Notes: generated by a model not told the origin, from the sequence alone. Numbered from the stretch's first letter, positions 23,221-32,949 are shown. The stretch is 64,000 nucleotides of DNA from Calditrichaceae bacterium (GCA_050173015.1 JBFXLE010000005.1:128001-192000), one strand, 5' to 3'. Program-made: numbers and translations.

Positions 23221-24195
23221 ATGTCTGTTGAAAATTCTAAACTAGGTCTGGTTCTGGGAAGCGGCGCTTCAAGAGGTTTGGCTCATATCGGCGTCATAAA
23301 AGTACTTGAAAAATATGATGTTAAAATCGGCAGCGTCACCGGTACAAGCATCGGCGCGTTGATTGGCGGACTGTACGCGTCGGGAATGACCGGAAAACAG
23401 ATGGAGGAAATTGCCTGCAATACGGACTGGCGTACCGTGGCGAAAGTTTTTTTACCGACGCTATTTAGAAATACTTCTTTTGCGGGAAAATATCTTAAGG
23501 AATTTATCACGGCTCTGGTGGGAGATACGGATTTTAAGGATTTGAATATTCCGTTTGCCTGTGTCACAACCGATTTGTTAAGCGGGAATGAGATTATCAT
23601 CGATAAGGGTTCGCTTTCGGAGGCGATTCTTGCCAGCGTCTCTCTGCCGGGTTTATTCAAGCCGGTTCAAACCAACGGCCGGCTTCTGGTGGATGGCGGA
23701 TTGGTAAATCCCCTGCCGGTGAATCTGGCAAAATATCTTGGTTCGGACAAAACGATTTCGGTAAACGTGACACCACCCATGGACCGGCCAATGAAGAAAC
23801 TAAAAGTCAAATCAAATCAAAGATCATCTTTTTTTAAATTCGCGGGGAATTCAAAAATATTGTCTGATCGGTTGTCATTGTATTTTAAGATCGCGGAGAA
23901 TTTTAAAGAGGAAAAATTTTTGTTCTTTGATCCGGGCCGGCCAAAAAAAGGGATGAAAGTACCCTCCTTGATGGAGACGGCAACCCAGGCGGTGGTGATC
24001 ATGCAAAATCAAATCATCCGGTTAAACCTCGCTGAATCTCCGACCAATATTCTGATTGAACCGGATGTCTCACAATTCCAGCTTTTGGATTTTTCAGACG
24101 CCAAAAAGATCATCAAACAAGGCGAAATTGAGACAGAAAAGCATATCAGAAAAATTATTAAAATCATTGAAAAAGTGGATAAACTTAGGATCTAA
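23221..24195 (+). CDS. Patatin-like phospholipase
   Basis: GSGASRG, GTSIG, DGG motifs. Confidence 0.9.
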   Translation: MSVENSKLGLVLGSGASRGLAHIGVIKVLEKYDVKIGSVTGTSIGALIGGLYASGMTGKQMEEIACNTDWRTVAKVFLPTLFRNTSFAGKYLKEFITALVGDTDFKDLNIPFACVTTDLLSGNEIIIDKGSLSEAILASVSLPGLFKPVQTNGRLLVDGGLVNPLPVNLAKYLGSDKTISVNVTPPMDRPMKKLKVKSNQRSSFFKFAGNSKILSDRLSLYFKIAENFKEEKFLFFDPGRPKKGMKVPSLMETATQAVVIMQNQIIRLNLAESPTNILIEPDVSQFQLLDFSDAKKIIKQGEIETEKHIRKIIKIIEKVDKLRI

Positions 24196-24525
24196 ATCAA
24201 GAGATTGCCCCTCTTCCGTCTAATTTTAACATCCGTATAACATTTATTTCTTTTGTCTAAAAAGTAGCGGTTTTTACGCGTCTGTTATCTTTTTGCGTCA
24301 ATCGTGGAAATGTAGATACCATTATTTCTGTTTTATTAAGATATCAGCACATTATATTGACACAATCTAATACCGGATTACAAAGACAAGCAATGGATTG
24401 GGGCGTGTCGTACCATACCCGTTTTCTTTTAACTGGACGCGTGAAATGTTTTGGCAGTAATATTTAGGATATTGGAAAAAAGTTAAACTTAACCAAAACG
24501 GTAAATTAATATCTTCGGTAACAAA

Positions 24526-24969
24526 ATGGTAACCGTTAGAAAAGCAGAAAAATCAGATCGCGACGATTATTTAAAAATGCGAAAGCTTCTTTGGCCGGAG
24601 TGTTCCACCGACCGGCATGAGCATGAGATTGATTTGATTTTATCTTCATCGGGAGTTGTTCTTTTAGCAGAGCTGTCTCAATCAGGTGTAGTCGGTTTTG
24701 CCGAGGTATCAATTCGAAAAGACCATGTGGAAGGGACAACAAAATCACCCGTTCCCTATCTTGAAGGTTGGTATGTTTATCCTAAACACCAGGGAATGGG
24801 CATTGGAAAAGCTTTGATAAATGCAGCGGAAGATTTTGCAATAAAAATGGGATTTAATGAATTGGCAAGCGATACGGATCTGACTAATGCGACCGCTATC
24901 GCGATTCATAAAAGAATTGGATTCACGGAAGTCGGAAGAACGGTACATTTTGTCAAAAGGATCCGGTAA
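24526..24969 (+). CDS. GNAT acetyltransferase, AAC(6')-I-like
   Basis: MRKLLWP, GFAEVSIRKDHVEG, YLEGWYV, ELASDT...N..AIAIHKRIGF. Confidence 0.8.
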   Translation: MVTVRKAEKSDRDDYLKMRKLLWPECSTDRHEHEIDLILSSSGVVLLAELSQSGVVGFAEVSIRKDHVEGTTKSPVPYLEGWYVYPKHQGMGIGKALINAAEDFAIKMGFNELASDTDLTNATAIAIHKRIGFTEVGRTVHFVKRIR

Positions 24970-25027
24970 GGAAAGTCCGGTATCAGGGGCGCCGGGCTTT
25001 CCGCCGCGTAATGCGTTAAAAAACAAA

Positions 25028-25155
25028 CAAAACTCTTATACCTTATTTTTGTTTTCTTCAACCTTAGTAGTACAAAGACAACAAAAACACAAAACCTCAT
25101 TATTTTATTTGATTTACAAATCAGACTAACAATCTGCCATGCATTTGGTATTTAG
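25028..25155. repeat. 128-bp imperfect direct repeat, copy 1
   Basis: Ungapped match to 35623-35750, 21 mismatches by manual count. Confidence 0.9.
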
Positions 25156-25216
25156 TTTTTTAGAATAGCAACCATTAATTCCGGAACGGCAGGGGGATGT
25201 TTTTGCGGAAACATGG

Positions 25217-25307
25217 TAAGTTAGCCCTGTAACTTGAGAAGTTACGCCGGAAAGTTCTGAAGTTACGCCGGAAAGTTCTGAAGTTATTATCGAAACTTGG
25301 GAAGTTA
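25217..25307. repeat. 21-bp period tandem repeat (GAAGTTACGCCGGAAAGTTCT)
   Basis: Two exact copies at 25238 and 25259; AAGTTA recurs at 25218, 25239, 25260, 25281 and 25302. Confidence 0.85.
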
Positions 25308-25648
25308 CAGACAGTTGCTCCCATAACCTTTTTTTATAGGCTTCAGAAGATTTTAATTTGAAGCATGAGGATCATGGAAAATAACGACCTGGAGCCGGCT
25401 CAAAATACCGATGGCGAGAGATGAATATCCTCTTCATTCTCAGTTATGTATGATTATAATCCGGTTCTTGAATTTTTAAATATTTCTGTTTATAATAATA
25501 ACGTTTTTAGTTTTATCTTTTGCTTTTTCTTCAATCTTTGAAAACGATTACAATAGGGAGTTTGGCATATATTAATGACGACGTATGTTTTGGATTTCGA
25601 CTCATGCCGGTTTTAAGATATCAAACAAAGAATAATGGGGGAATTACA

Positions 25649-25792
25649 CTTGAACAGGATACAGATTTAAGGTGTTTTCAAGAGTTGCTGGGCCATAATA
25701 GTTCCAAAACTACTGAGATATATACGCACGTTTCAAAAAAGGCTATTGATAGAATCAGGAATCCGATTGATGATTTTTTTGAACAAGATTAA
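25649..25792 (+). pseudogene. C-terminal remnant of a tyrosine recombinase/integrase
   Basis: LEQDTDLRCFQELLGHNSSKTTEIYTHV (LLGH and catalytic Tyr); the preceding HxLRH motif and the N-terminal domains are absent. Confidence 0.88.
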
Positions 25793-25825
25793 TATAATTG
25801 TAAAAGAAATATATAAACAATAGTG

Positions 25826-25883
25826 CTTATACCGCCAATTTAGGCGGATAAGAACGATAGAATATATACGCACGTTAGCAGCA
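25826..25883 (+). other. attI-like proximal recombination site of the cassette array
   Basis: CTTAT-A-CCGCC...GGCGG-ATAAG palindrome, then the core GTTAGCAGCA at 25874, which complements the end of cassette 1. Confidence 0.6.
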
Positions 25884-25972
25884 ACCATTAAAGAAAATCG
25901 AGTAATGAAAGATTTTTAAAAATTAATTGTAACATATGACTATTGTAATTCGTCAAACAAAAAAATATAATT

Positions 25973-26719
25973 ATGAGACAAATATTTATTTATTTAATTT
26001 TGGCAGGCACAATTTCGTGTAATAATCCGAAACAAGATCAAAATTCTGAAAGTATTAATTCGCAATTGGAAATAAACGATACTATTTCAATTAGATTAAT
26101 TTTACCAAGTTCTTTAGAAAATAGAAGACAAGAATTCCTTGACTATGTTAATTCCGCAAGAAAGAATATCAGAGATTTTTCTGAAAAATATGAGTGGAAG
26201 GATATAACAAAAGATGAATTCATGGATAGTGTTATTATCTTTGACAATAAAAACTATTTTAATAAAACGTTATTAAAACTTGCAGGAGCTGACACATCAA
26301 TAAATTTGCCTGATACATATTGCGCTGCATTGGAAAAAAGAACCTTAGTTTCTGTTTCGCCTGAATTTTATTCAAAAGTATATCCCGAAGGAATAGAAGA
26401 AAATTCTTTTGAAAAATTGCTTACACATGAAATCGCACATCAATTGCATGTGAGAATATTAAAAGGGGACGAAGAAGCCATGGGACCTATTTGGTTTTAT
26501 GAAGGTTTCGCAATGTATGTGGCAAATCAATTTTCAGGATCAAATATTGTTCTTAGTAAAGAGGAAATGATTAAAATAATGGGAAACCCAGACAGAGGCA
26601 GTTATATTAAATATAATTATATTTTTAGGTATTTTGTAAGTAAGATTTCGTTAAAAGAATTAATTTTTAAAGCAAAGAATGAAAATTTCAATGAAGAATT
26701 AATCAAATCGCTTCAATGA
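25973..26719 (+). CDS. Lipoprotein with gluzincin-type metallopeptidase motif (cassette 1)
   Basis: Signal ending TISC; THEIAH ... WFYEGFA. Confidence 0.7.
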   Translation: MRQIFIYLILAGTISCNNPKQDQNSESINSQLEINDTISIRLILPSSLENRRQEFLDYVNSARKNIRDFSEKYEWKDITKDEFMDSVIIFDNKNYFNKTLLKLAGADTSINLPDTYCAALEKRTLVSVSPEFYSKVYPEGIEENSFEKLLTHEIAHQLHVRILKGDEEAMGPIWFYEGFAMYVANQFSGSNIVLSKEEMIKIMGNPDRGSYIKYNYIFRYFVSKISLKELIFKAKNENFNEELIKSLQ

Positions 26720-26767
26720 CAATAAACAAGTCAAGCGAAATTAATGACTGAAAACAAAATGGCATGC

Positions 26768-26898
26768 TGCTAACATCGTGTATAAAACATTGGGGTATAG
26801 GTGGTTATATGAAGTTCCTGCCCCGCATCAAACTTTGGTGTTGGGGGATAGTTCCGTAGCCCGCAATCCCCAACGTTTCATACACGTAACCGTTAGGC
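26768..26898 (+). other. attC-like site 1
   Basis: TGCTAAC...GTTAGGC; arms CGTGTAT..TTGGGG / CCCCAA..ATACACG. Confidence 0.85.
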
Positions 26899-26944
26899 AA
26901 AATTTAAAATTGACTACCAGATAATAAATTTGACCGTGAAATAG

Positions 26945-28210
26945 ATGAAAAATAAAAGTCAAAAGAATAAACTAAATATAGTTTATAATATAGACGCTAG
27001 AAGAATTCTGGATAAAATACCTGAAGAAGTAAAAGTTGCAACGACAATTACATCTCCACCTTATTTTGAAATGAAAGATTATGATTCTGACAATCAGATT
27101 GGTTACGGACAAACTTATGATGAATATTTAGAAGACCTTAAATCAATTTTTGCGGGTGTTTTTCAAGTTACAAAGGACGATGGAACTTTATGGATTGTTA
27201 TTGATACATTCAAAAGAAATAATCAAGTAGTTCCATTACCTTTTGATTTATCTAATAAATTAAAAGAAATTGGTTGGTTGCTCCAAGATATAATAATTTG
27301 GAAAAAAGATAAAACTGTGCCTTGGTCATCTAATGGTTTTATGCAACGTAAATTTGAGTACATTCTATTCTTTTCAAAATCTGAAAATTATAAAACCAAT
27401 AAAGATAATGTTAGAGTTTACGATACTACTCAGCTAAAAAAATGGTGGGTTAAATACCCTGAAAGATATAATCCCAGAGGAAAAGCACTTGAAGAAGTTT
27501 GGGAATTTCCAATACCAACTCAAGGCTCTTGGGGTGACCAATATATACGACATTTTTGTCCTCTACCGCAGAGTATGGTAGCTACCATGATTCAAATTAG
27601 TTCAGATGAAAATGATATTGTCCTGGATCCTTTTGCAGGAAGTGGTACTGTATTGACCCAATCTGCCTATATGAAAAGAAATTATCTAGGATTTGAACTT
27701 AATGAGAGCTACATAAGAATGTTTGAAAATTATCTTAAAAAAACATTCAAAAAGAATAGGAAAGAATACGAGGCATCTGGGCAAATTATTGAACAGGACT
27801 TATTTGAAAAAAGAATTCTTGATTTAAGATCTTTAAAATACGCCAGAGTATTGATTAATAACTTTGAAAAGGCAACAAATATCAGCGATTTTAAAATATT
27901 TGTAAATCCGAAAGGAAGTAGTACAGCTAAAAACAAATTAATAAGAGTTGAATATCAAATTATTGGAGAAATTGACAACCGTGTATTTAAAGATTTAATC
28001 AACCAATTAATCCTTAAACCACCTTTATCCAAATATGGAATTGAACCCTCTTTTATCTTCAAAGAATCGAAAAAGTATAATTTAAAAAAGCATTACGGAT
28101 ATTCGAAAACGAATACTTATTCATTTATTAAAAATCCAAACTTTGATTCTTCAATGATCAGAGTAATAAGTGATATATGTGTTGATCTTAACGAAAATGA
28201 TTACTTATAG
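26945..28210 (+). CDS. Beta-class N4/N6 DNA methyltransferase with a C-terminal extension (cassette 2)
   Basis: TSPPY (motif IV) precedes IIWKK and DPFAGSGT (motif I); about 150 extra C-terminal residues. Confidence 0.9.
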   Translation: MKNKSQKNKLNIVYNIDARRILDKIPEEVKVATTITSPPYFEMKDYDSDNQIGYGQTYDEYLEDLKSIFAGVFQVTKDDGTLWIVIDTFKRNNQVVPLPFDLSNKLKEIGWLLQDIIIWKKDKTVPWSSNGFMQRKFEYILFFSKSENYKTNKDNVRVYDTTQLKKWWVKYPERYNPRGKALEEVWEFPIPTQGSWGDQYIRHFCPLPQSMVATMIQISSDENDIVLDPFAGSGTVLTQSAYMKRNYLGFELNESYIRMFENYLKKTFKKNRKEYEASGQIIEQDLFEKRILDLRSLKYARVLINNFEKATNISDFKIFVNPKGSSTAKNKLIRVEYQIIGEIDNRVFKDLINQLILKPPLSKYGIEPSFIFKESKKYNLKKHYGYSKTNTYSFIKNPNFDSSMIRVISDICVDLNENDYL

Positions 28211-28218
28211 TTATTGGT

Positions 28219-30003
28219 ATGGCGAAAATAAAAAGCAAAAAAAGAACCACTAGAAAAAAGTTGTCTCCACAAGAGAAAGCTATTTTAAAGGAAAAACGAG
28301 ATCAGCGAAACGAAATATCAACGATTTTAAAAAATATTGGTTTTTATAGACTGCCATTTATTGATGGCAAGCATTTTGAATATGAACAAAAAAAGACTGA
28401 AATGGATGATGTTTTTATCAATCAAAACATCATTTTAATTACTGAATACACTGTAGGAGATCCAAAAGATCATTTGTTTTCCAAAAAAATATTTTACGAT
28501 AAGATTAACCAAGATAAACGAAAATTTATTGACTTCCTTCTTTCAGAAGATAAGCTAAAGAGTTTTCAAAATTATTATTCAAATAATATACAAGGTAATT
28601 ATTCGAAGAATGAATTGCATCTTCAAATTTTATATTGTTCTAAAAAGTCAATTTCTGACGATCATAAAAATTTAGTTGACCATGTGATTTTTTTTGATTA
28701 TCACATTGTTCAATACTTTAAAAGTCTAACAAAAGTTATTAAGCAATCGAGTAAATATGAATTTCTTGATTTTATAAAAATACCTTTTGAAGAGTTTGGA
28801 TCAAATATTAAAAACTCATCAGTTTCATCTTCTAATAAATTTTCGGGACATATTTTGCCAGAAGAAAAAAGTTCATTTGATGAGGGTTATAAAATTGTTT
28901 CATTTTATATCGATGCAGAATCTTTGTTAAAAAGATCTTATGTTTTGAGACAATCTGGTTGGCGCGATCTTGAAAATGTTGGTCATTATCAGAGAATGTT
29001 TGAAGCGAAAAAAATATCAAGTATGCGAAGATATTTAACCGAAAAAAATAGAGTTTTTATAAACAATATTATTTCAACAATCTCAATCGATAAAATCAAA
29101 CTGTATGATAGGAAAGGTAAATTGCTATCGATTAGTGAAAATGGTCAATTTATTGGTGATAATGCAACAGAAGTCACACCTGCATTAATTGAAATAAATG
29201 ATGAATGCAATATTATTGGTTTAATAGATGGTCAACATCGAACTTATGCTTATCATGAGGGTGATGACCAATTTGAAGAGACTATTTCAAAACTCCGGAA
29301 AATTCAAAACCTACTTGTAACCGGTATTTTATTTCCAAAAACTGAGAACAAGCAAACAAGATTAAAATTTGAAGCAAATCTGTTTTTAGAAATAAATTCA
29401 AATCAAACCAATGTTAAATCTCAACTAAAACAAGAAATTGAATTAATGATTAGTCCATTTTCTACAGTTGCAATTGGAAAGAGAATATTACTAGGTTTGA
29501 ATAAAAGTGGACCATTGGGAAATTTAATTGAGCAGTACTGGTATGAAAAAGGGAAAATTAAAACTGCTTCTATTGTTAGTTTTGGATTAAAACCTTTAAT
29601 AAAAATTGAAGATGTAAAGGCTAAGGACAGTATATATTCTATTTGGAAAAATCCTGACAAGCAAAAATTAAAAATAAAAGACAATAAAGAATTTGATTTG
29701 TTGGATGAATACGTGAATTTCTCGGTTGAAAAGATTAGAGATATATTCATTGCCCTAAAAATGACATTGGCATCAGATCAGTGGGAAACATATAGACCAA
29801 GTAATCCTAGAGGAACTTTAACTGTTACATTTATTAATGGCATTTTGAATGTTTTAAGATTACTAATTGAAAATAATAAGGTGTCGACAATTGATGATTA
29901 TAAAATAAAGCTGAATGGTATTGATAAATTTGATTTTAAGAAATTTAAATCAAGTCAATATAGAAAAATGGGTGAAGAGATTTACAATAAATATTTTCGT
30001 TAA
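28219..30003 (+). CDS. DGQHR-domain protein with a putative N-terminal nuclease-like domain (cassette 2)
   Basis: YQRM..., IDGQHR, LFLEINSNQ; N-terminal EMDDVF...ITEYT. Confidence 0.85.
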   Translation: MAKIKSKKRTTRKKLSPQEKAILKEKRDQRNEISTILKNIGFYRLPFIDGKHFEYEQKKTEMDDVFINQNIILITEYTVGDPKDHLFSKKIFYDKINQDKRKFIDFLLSEDKLKSFQNYYSNNIQGNYSKNELHLQILYCSKKSISDDHKNLVDHVIFFDYHIVQYFKSLTKVIKQSSKYEFLDFIKIPFEEFGSNIKNSSVSSSNKFSGHILPEEKSSFDEGYKIVSFYIDAESLLKRSYVLRQSGWRDLENVGHYQRMFEAKKISSMRRYLTEKNRVFINNIISTISIDKIKLYDRKGKLLSISENGQFIGDNATEVTPALIEINDECNIIGLIDGQHRTYAYHEGDDQFEETISKLRKIQNLLVTGILFPKTENKQTRLKFEANLFLEINSNQTNVKSQLKQEIELMISPFSTVAIGKRILLGLNKSGPLGNLIEQYWYEKGKIKTASIVSFGLKPLIKIEDVKAKDSIYSIWKNPDKQKLKIKDNKEFDLLDEYVNFSVEKIRDIFIALKMTLASDQWETYRPSNPRGTLTVTFINGILNVLRLLIENNKVSTIDDYKIKLNGIDKFDFKKFKSSQYRKMGEEIYNKYFR

Positions 30004-30013
30004 AAAAAACTTT

Positions 30014-30143
30014 GCCTAACAATGTATAAAAATAATAGACGAGACAGTAGTAAATTCAAGGCTTGTCGCTCGCTTCAACTTCATCTCGGTTTGACAGGAA
30101 AGTAGTACGCAGTCGGCCACTATTCTTATACTAACCATTAGCA
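30014..30143 (+). other. attC-like site 2 (core reads ATT rather than GTT)
   Basis: GCCTAAC AATGTATAAAAATAATAG ... CTATTCTTATAC TAACC ATTAGCA. Confidence 0.8.
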
Positions 30144-30219
30144 GCAAAGTTGACAAATCCATCTACTAAAACTATAATCTAACTTGATTAATGAATAAAT
30201 ATGAAAAATATAGAAATCA

Positions 30220-31665
30220 ATGAATAAAAGAAAAACACGATATTCTTACATCTATTTGTTATTTGCATTTATTTCACTTTTCTTTTTTAATGGTAAATGG
30301 ATTTTACCAATTGCCGCATTTTTAGCACCAATATTTGTAATTCGTTTTTTACGGTTTCAAAAACCATTTAAAGGATTTCTGATAATTGTTCTTGTTGGTT
30401 GGGTGTCAAACATATTCGTCTGGAAGGGAATGATGCCCATGTCAGGATTTTTCTACTACCTGGTTTCTTTTATGATGAGCTTATTTACTTCGCTGACATT
30501 TTTGTTAGATCGAATTTACACTCAAAAATTTAAGGGAATCATTTCGACACTCATATTTCCTTCTGTTTATGTGACAATGGATTACATTACCATATTAACT
30601 AATCCTTCAGGTTCATACGGAACTTTGGTTCACACTCAGTCATCTTTACCCTTATTACAGCTTGTCTCCATAACTGGCATTTTTGGGGTAATATTTTTAA
30701 TTACGTGGACTGCATCAATTATAAATTGGCTTTGGGACAATCATTTTGAGAAAAATAAAGTTTATTCATCGTTTTGGGGATTTGGTATTCCTTTTCTCGC
30801 GGTAATTTTATGGGGGCAAATAAGATTGTCTTCAACAATTGATTCACAAACGGTAAGAATAGCTTCAATTAATAGCACTAAAACAGAGTATCATCATCGT
30901 ATGACAACGAATTTTGACTCTTTAGTTGAAAAGGCAAACCAGGGATTTTTAGAAAATTGTGAAATAGCGGCTTCATCAGGTGCCAAAATAATATTTGGAC
31001 GAGAAACAATCATCAGTTTGTCCGTTGATACTGAAACTAACTTCATCGAAAAAGCTAAAACAATTGCAATACGTGACAGTATTTACATTGGAATTCCCAT
31101 CAATTTAATACCTAAGGAAAACTCCAATGAAAATCCTGAAAACAAAATAACCTGGATTTCTCCAACAGGAAAAATACTATTTACATATCATAAGGCAAAG
31201 CCAACTTATCCGGGTGAATGTGATGATGGAAATGGAATTATAAAATATTTTGATTCGCCTTACGGAAGAATTGGTTCAGCCATTTGTTTCGATATGGATT
31301 TTCCCTCCTTGATTAGTCAAACCGGTAAAATGGATATTGACATTATGTTAGTGCCGGGTAGCGACTGGGAAGATATTTCGCCTTATCATACCTACGTGGC
31401 ATCCATAAGAGGCATTGAAAATGGTTTTAACATGGTTAGGTCAACATTCAAAGGATTTTCTGCTTCCTTTAATTATAAGGGGCAACTTTTATCGTCCAAT
31501 GACTTTTTTAAGACCAACGAAGTAATTTTATATTCTGATGTGCCTATTAAAGGACAAAAAACGATATATTCATTTTTAGGAAATTATTTTGCGTGGCTCT
31601 GTATTATATTCTTTCTCTCAATGAGTTTTGTTTTCTTTAAAAATAAATGGATTAATAAGAAGTAG
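30220..31665 (+). CDS. Membrane carbon-nitrogen hydrolase, Lnt-like (cassette 3)
   Basis: N-terminal TM helices, QLVSITGIFG, nitrilase-fold E/K/C positions (GRE, YHK, ICFD), RGIENG. Confidence 0.8.
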   Translation: MNKRKTRYSYIYLLFAFISLFFFNGKWILPIAAFLAPIFVIRFLRFQKPFKGFLIIVLVGWVSNIFVWKGMMPMSGFFYYLVSFMMSLFTSLTFLLDRIYTQKFKGIISTLIFPSVYVTMDYITILTNPSGSYGTLVHTQSSLPLLQLVSITGIFGVIFLITWTASIINWLWDNHFEKNKVYSSFWGFGIPFLAVILWGQIRLSSTIDSQTVRIASINSTKTEYHHRMTTNFDSLVEKANQGFLENCEIAASSGAKIIFGRETIISLSVDTETNFIEKAKTIAIRDSIYIGIPINLIPKENSNENPENKITWISPTGKILFTYHKAKPTYPGECDDGNGIIKYFDSPYGRIGSAICFDMDFPSLISQTGKMDIDIMLVPGSDWEDISPYHTYVASIRGIENGFNMVRSTFKGFSASFNYKGQLLSSNDFFKTNEVILYSDVPIKGQKTIYSFLGNYFAWLCIIFFLSMSFVFFKNKWINKK

Positions 31666-31680
31666 GAATAAAAACCCAGC

Positions 31681-31811
31681 TGCTAACAATGTATAAAAAA
31701 ATAGGCGGTTTAGTAATAAATTCAAGGGCTGTAGCCCGATTCAACTTTCGTTGTATCTTGAAAGTGAAGTGCATTAAAATCCCGCACTACGCATAGCCGA
31801 AACCGTTAACC
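31681..31811 (+). other. attC-like site 3 (mismatched arms)
   Basis: TGCTAAC...GTTAACC; left arm resembles site 2, right arm resembles site 4. Confidence 0.75.
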
Positions 31812-31833
31812 TTTAATAAATACCCGAAATCAA

Positions 31834-32649
31834 TTGAAAAAAATATTTACATCAATAGTCATACAGGACAAAGAAGAAAAGAAAGAGTATCGATGGCAGG
31901 TTTCGATAACGGTACTCATTCTGTTTATTTTCGGTTCAGTCATAAATATACCATTTAGCAGAGAAGTCAAAAAATTAAACATAGAAGCCGGCAAGACAGG
32001 CATAAACCTGAATGAATCAATTTTTACTGACTTAACTACCATCGGGATTAGCAGTCTGATATTAGGTGCTATATTAGTTTTTATCGGTTTATGGGTTTCT
32101 TCAAGAGCCAACCTGGGAGCGCCGCTAATTGCAAGATTCTTTTCTAAAAAACCAATTAACATAATAAAGAGAGAAGCCATCCTGTCAAGTATTCTTTTAG
32201 CGGCAATGGTGGCTTTAATTCTATTGGGTTTATTTGAAATTCAAAAAGAGTTCTATCCGGTTGCGAATAAACTTTCACGCCCATCCAAACCTTTTTATGC
32301 TCTTGTGTCATTCTCTGCCGGAATTACTGAAGAGATAATGTTTAGATTAGGATTAATGTCGTTCATAATAACGGTGATTCAATTTTTAAAAAAAGTTGAA
32401 AATCCATCGAATAAAATTGTCTGGACAGGCATATTAATTTCCGCGATATTTTTTGGGCTTATCCACCTTCCCTTATCGAAAAATTTTGTAGAGTTAACAC
32501 CTTTTACAATTAGCGTGACAATGATTGGAAATTTAATAACAGGGTCAACATTTGGCTGGATATTTTGGAAACGAGGATTATTAGTCGCGATTTTATCACA
32601 TGTTGTGTTTGATTTAGTTTTTCATGTAATAGGAACACCATACGCATAA
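31834..32649 (+). CDS. CPBP (Abi/CAAX) intramembrane metalloprotease (cassette 4)
   Basis: EEIMFR, FGLIH, SHVVFD motifs. Confidence 0.88.
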   Translation: MKKIFTSIVIQDKEEKKEYRWQVSITVLILFIFGSVINIPFSREVKKLNIEAGKTGINLNESIFTDLTTIGISSLILGAILVFIGLWVSSRANLGAPLIARFFSKKPINIIKREAILSSILLAAMVALILLGLFEIQKEFYPVANKLSRPSKPFYALVSFSAGITEEIMFRLGLMSFIITVIQFLKKVENPSNKIVWTGILISAIFFGLIHLPLSKNFVELTPFTISVTMIGNLITGSTFGWIFWKRGLLVAILSHVVFDLVFHVIGTPYA

Positions 32650-32658
32650 AATAACAAT

Positions 32659-32790
32659 GGCTAACATTGGCTATAATTCATTGGGGTTTTGTGCCACACC
32701 ATAATAAAAGTATATATCAAACGACTGATTTCTCAGCGGAATAATCCTCGGGATGATTCCACAACGAAATCATAGCCGATGCCGTTACCC
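32659..32790 (+). other. attC-like site 4
   Basis: GGCTAAC ATTGGCTATAA ... CATAGCCGA TGCC GTTACCC. Confidence 0.75.
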
Positions 32791-32949
32791 GCAAGCAAAT
32801 GTCAAGCGGAGCTCATAAATAATCGTGCATTTGTAAGCTTTTACGTTGGTATGACTTGTTGCGTATGACCAATCGCGCGTATTAATAAACCAGTCAGGCG
32901 GTCTTCTTTAAATCAAACGATCAATTTCCTGTTTTAAACCAAATCCGCG

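Noticed and set aside
24526-25003. aac(6')-like gene as a cassette of the array
   Set aside because: No TAAC...GTT ~130-bp site follows it, and it lies outside the direct repeat and upstream of the integrase remnant
24745-25129. Short ORFs over the left direct repeat (and 35721-35930 at the right copy)
   Set aside because: Reading frames are not preserved between the two copies, and the mismatches lack codon periodicity
25520-25648. N-terminal half of the 90-aa ORF as part of a functional integrase
   Set aside because: No recombinase motifs before 25649; it is fortuitous open frame upstream of the remnant
28219-30003. Dnd phosphorothioation operon
   Set aside because: Only a DGQHR protein is present; no dndA/C/D/E-like genes in the window
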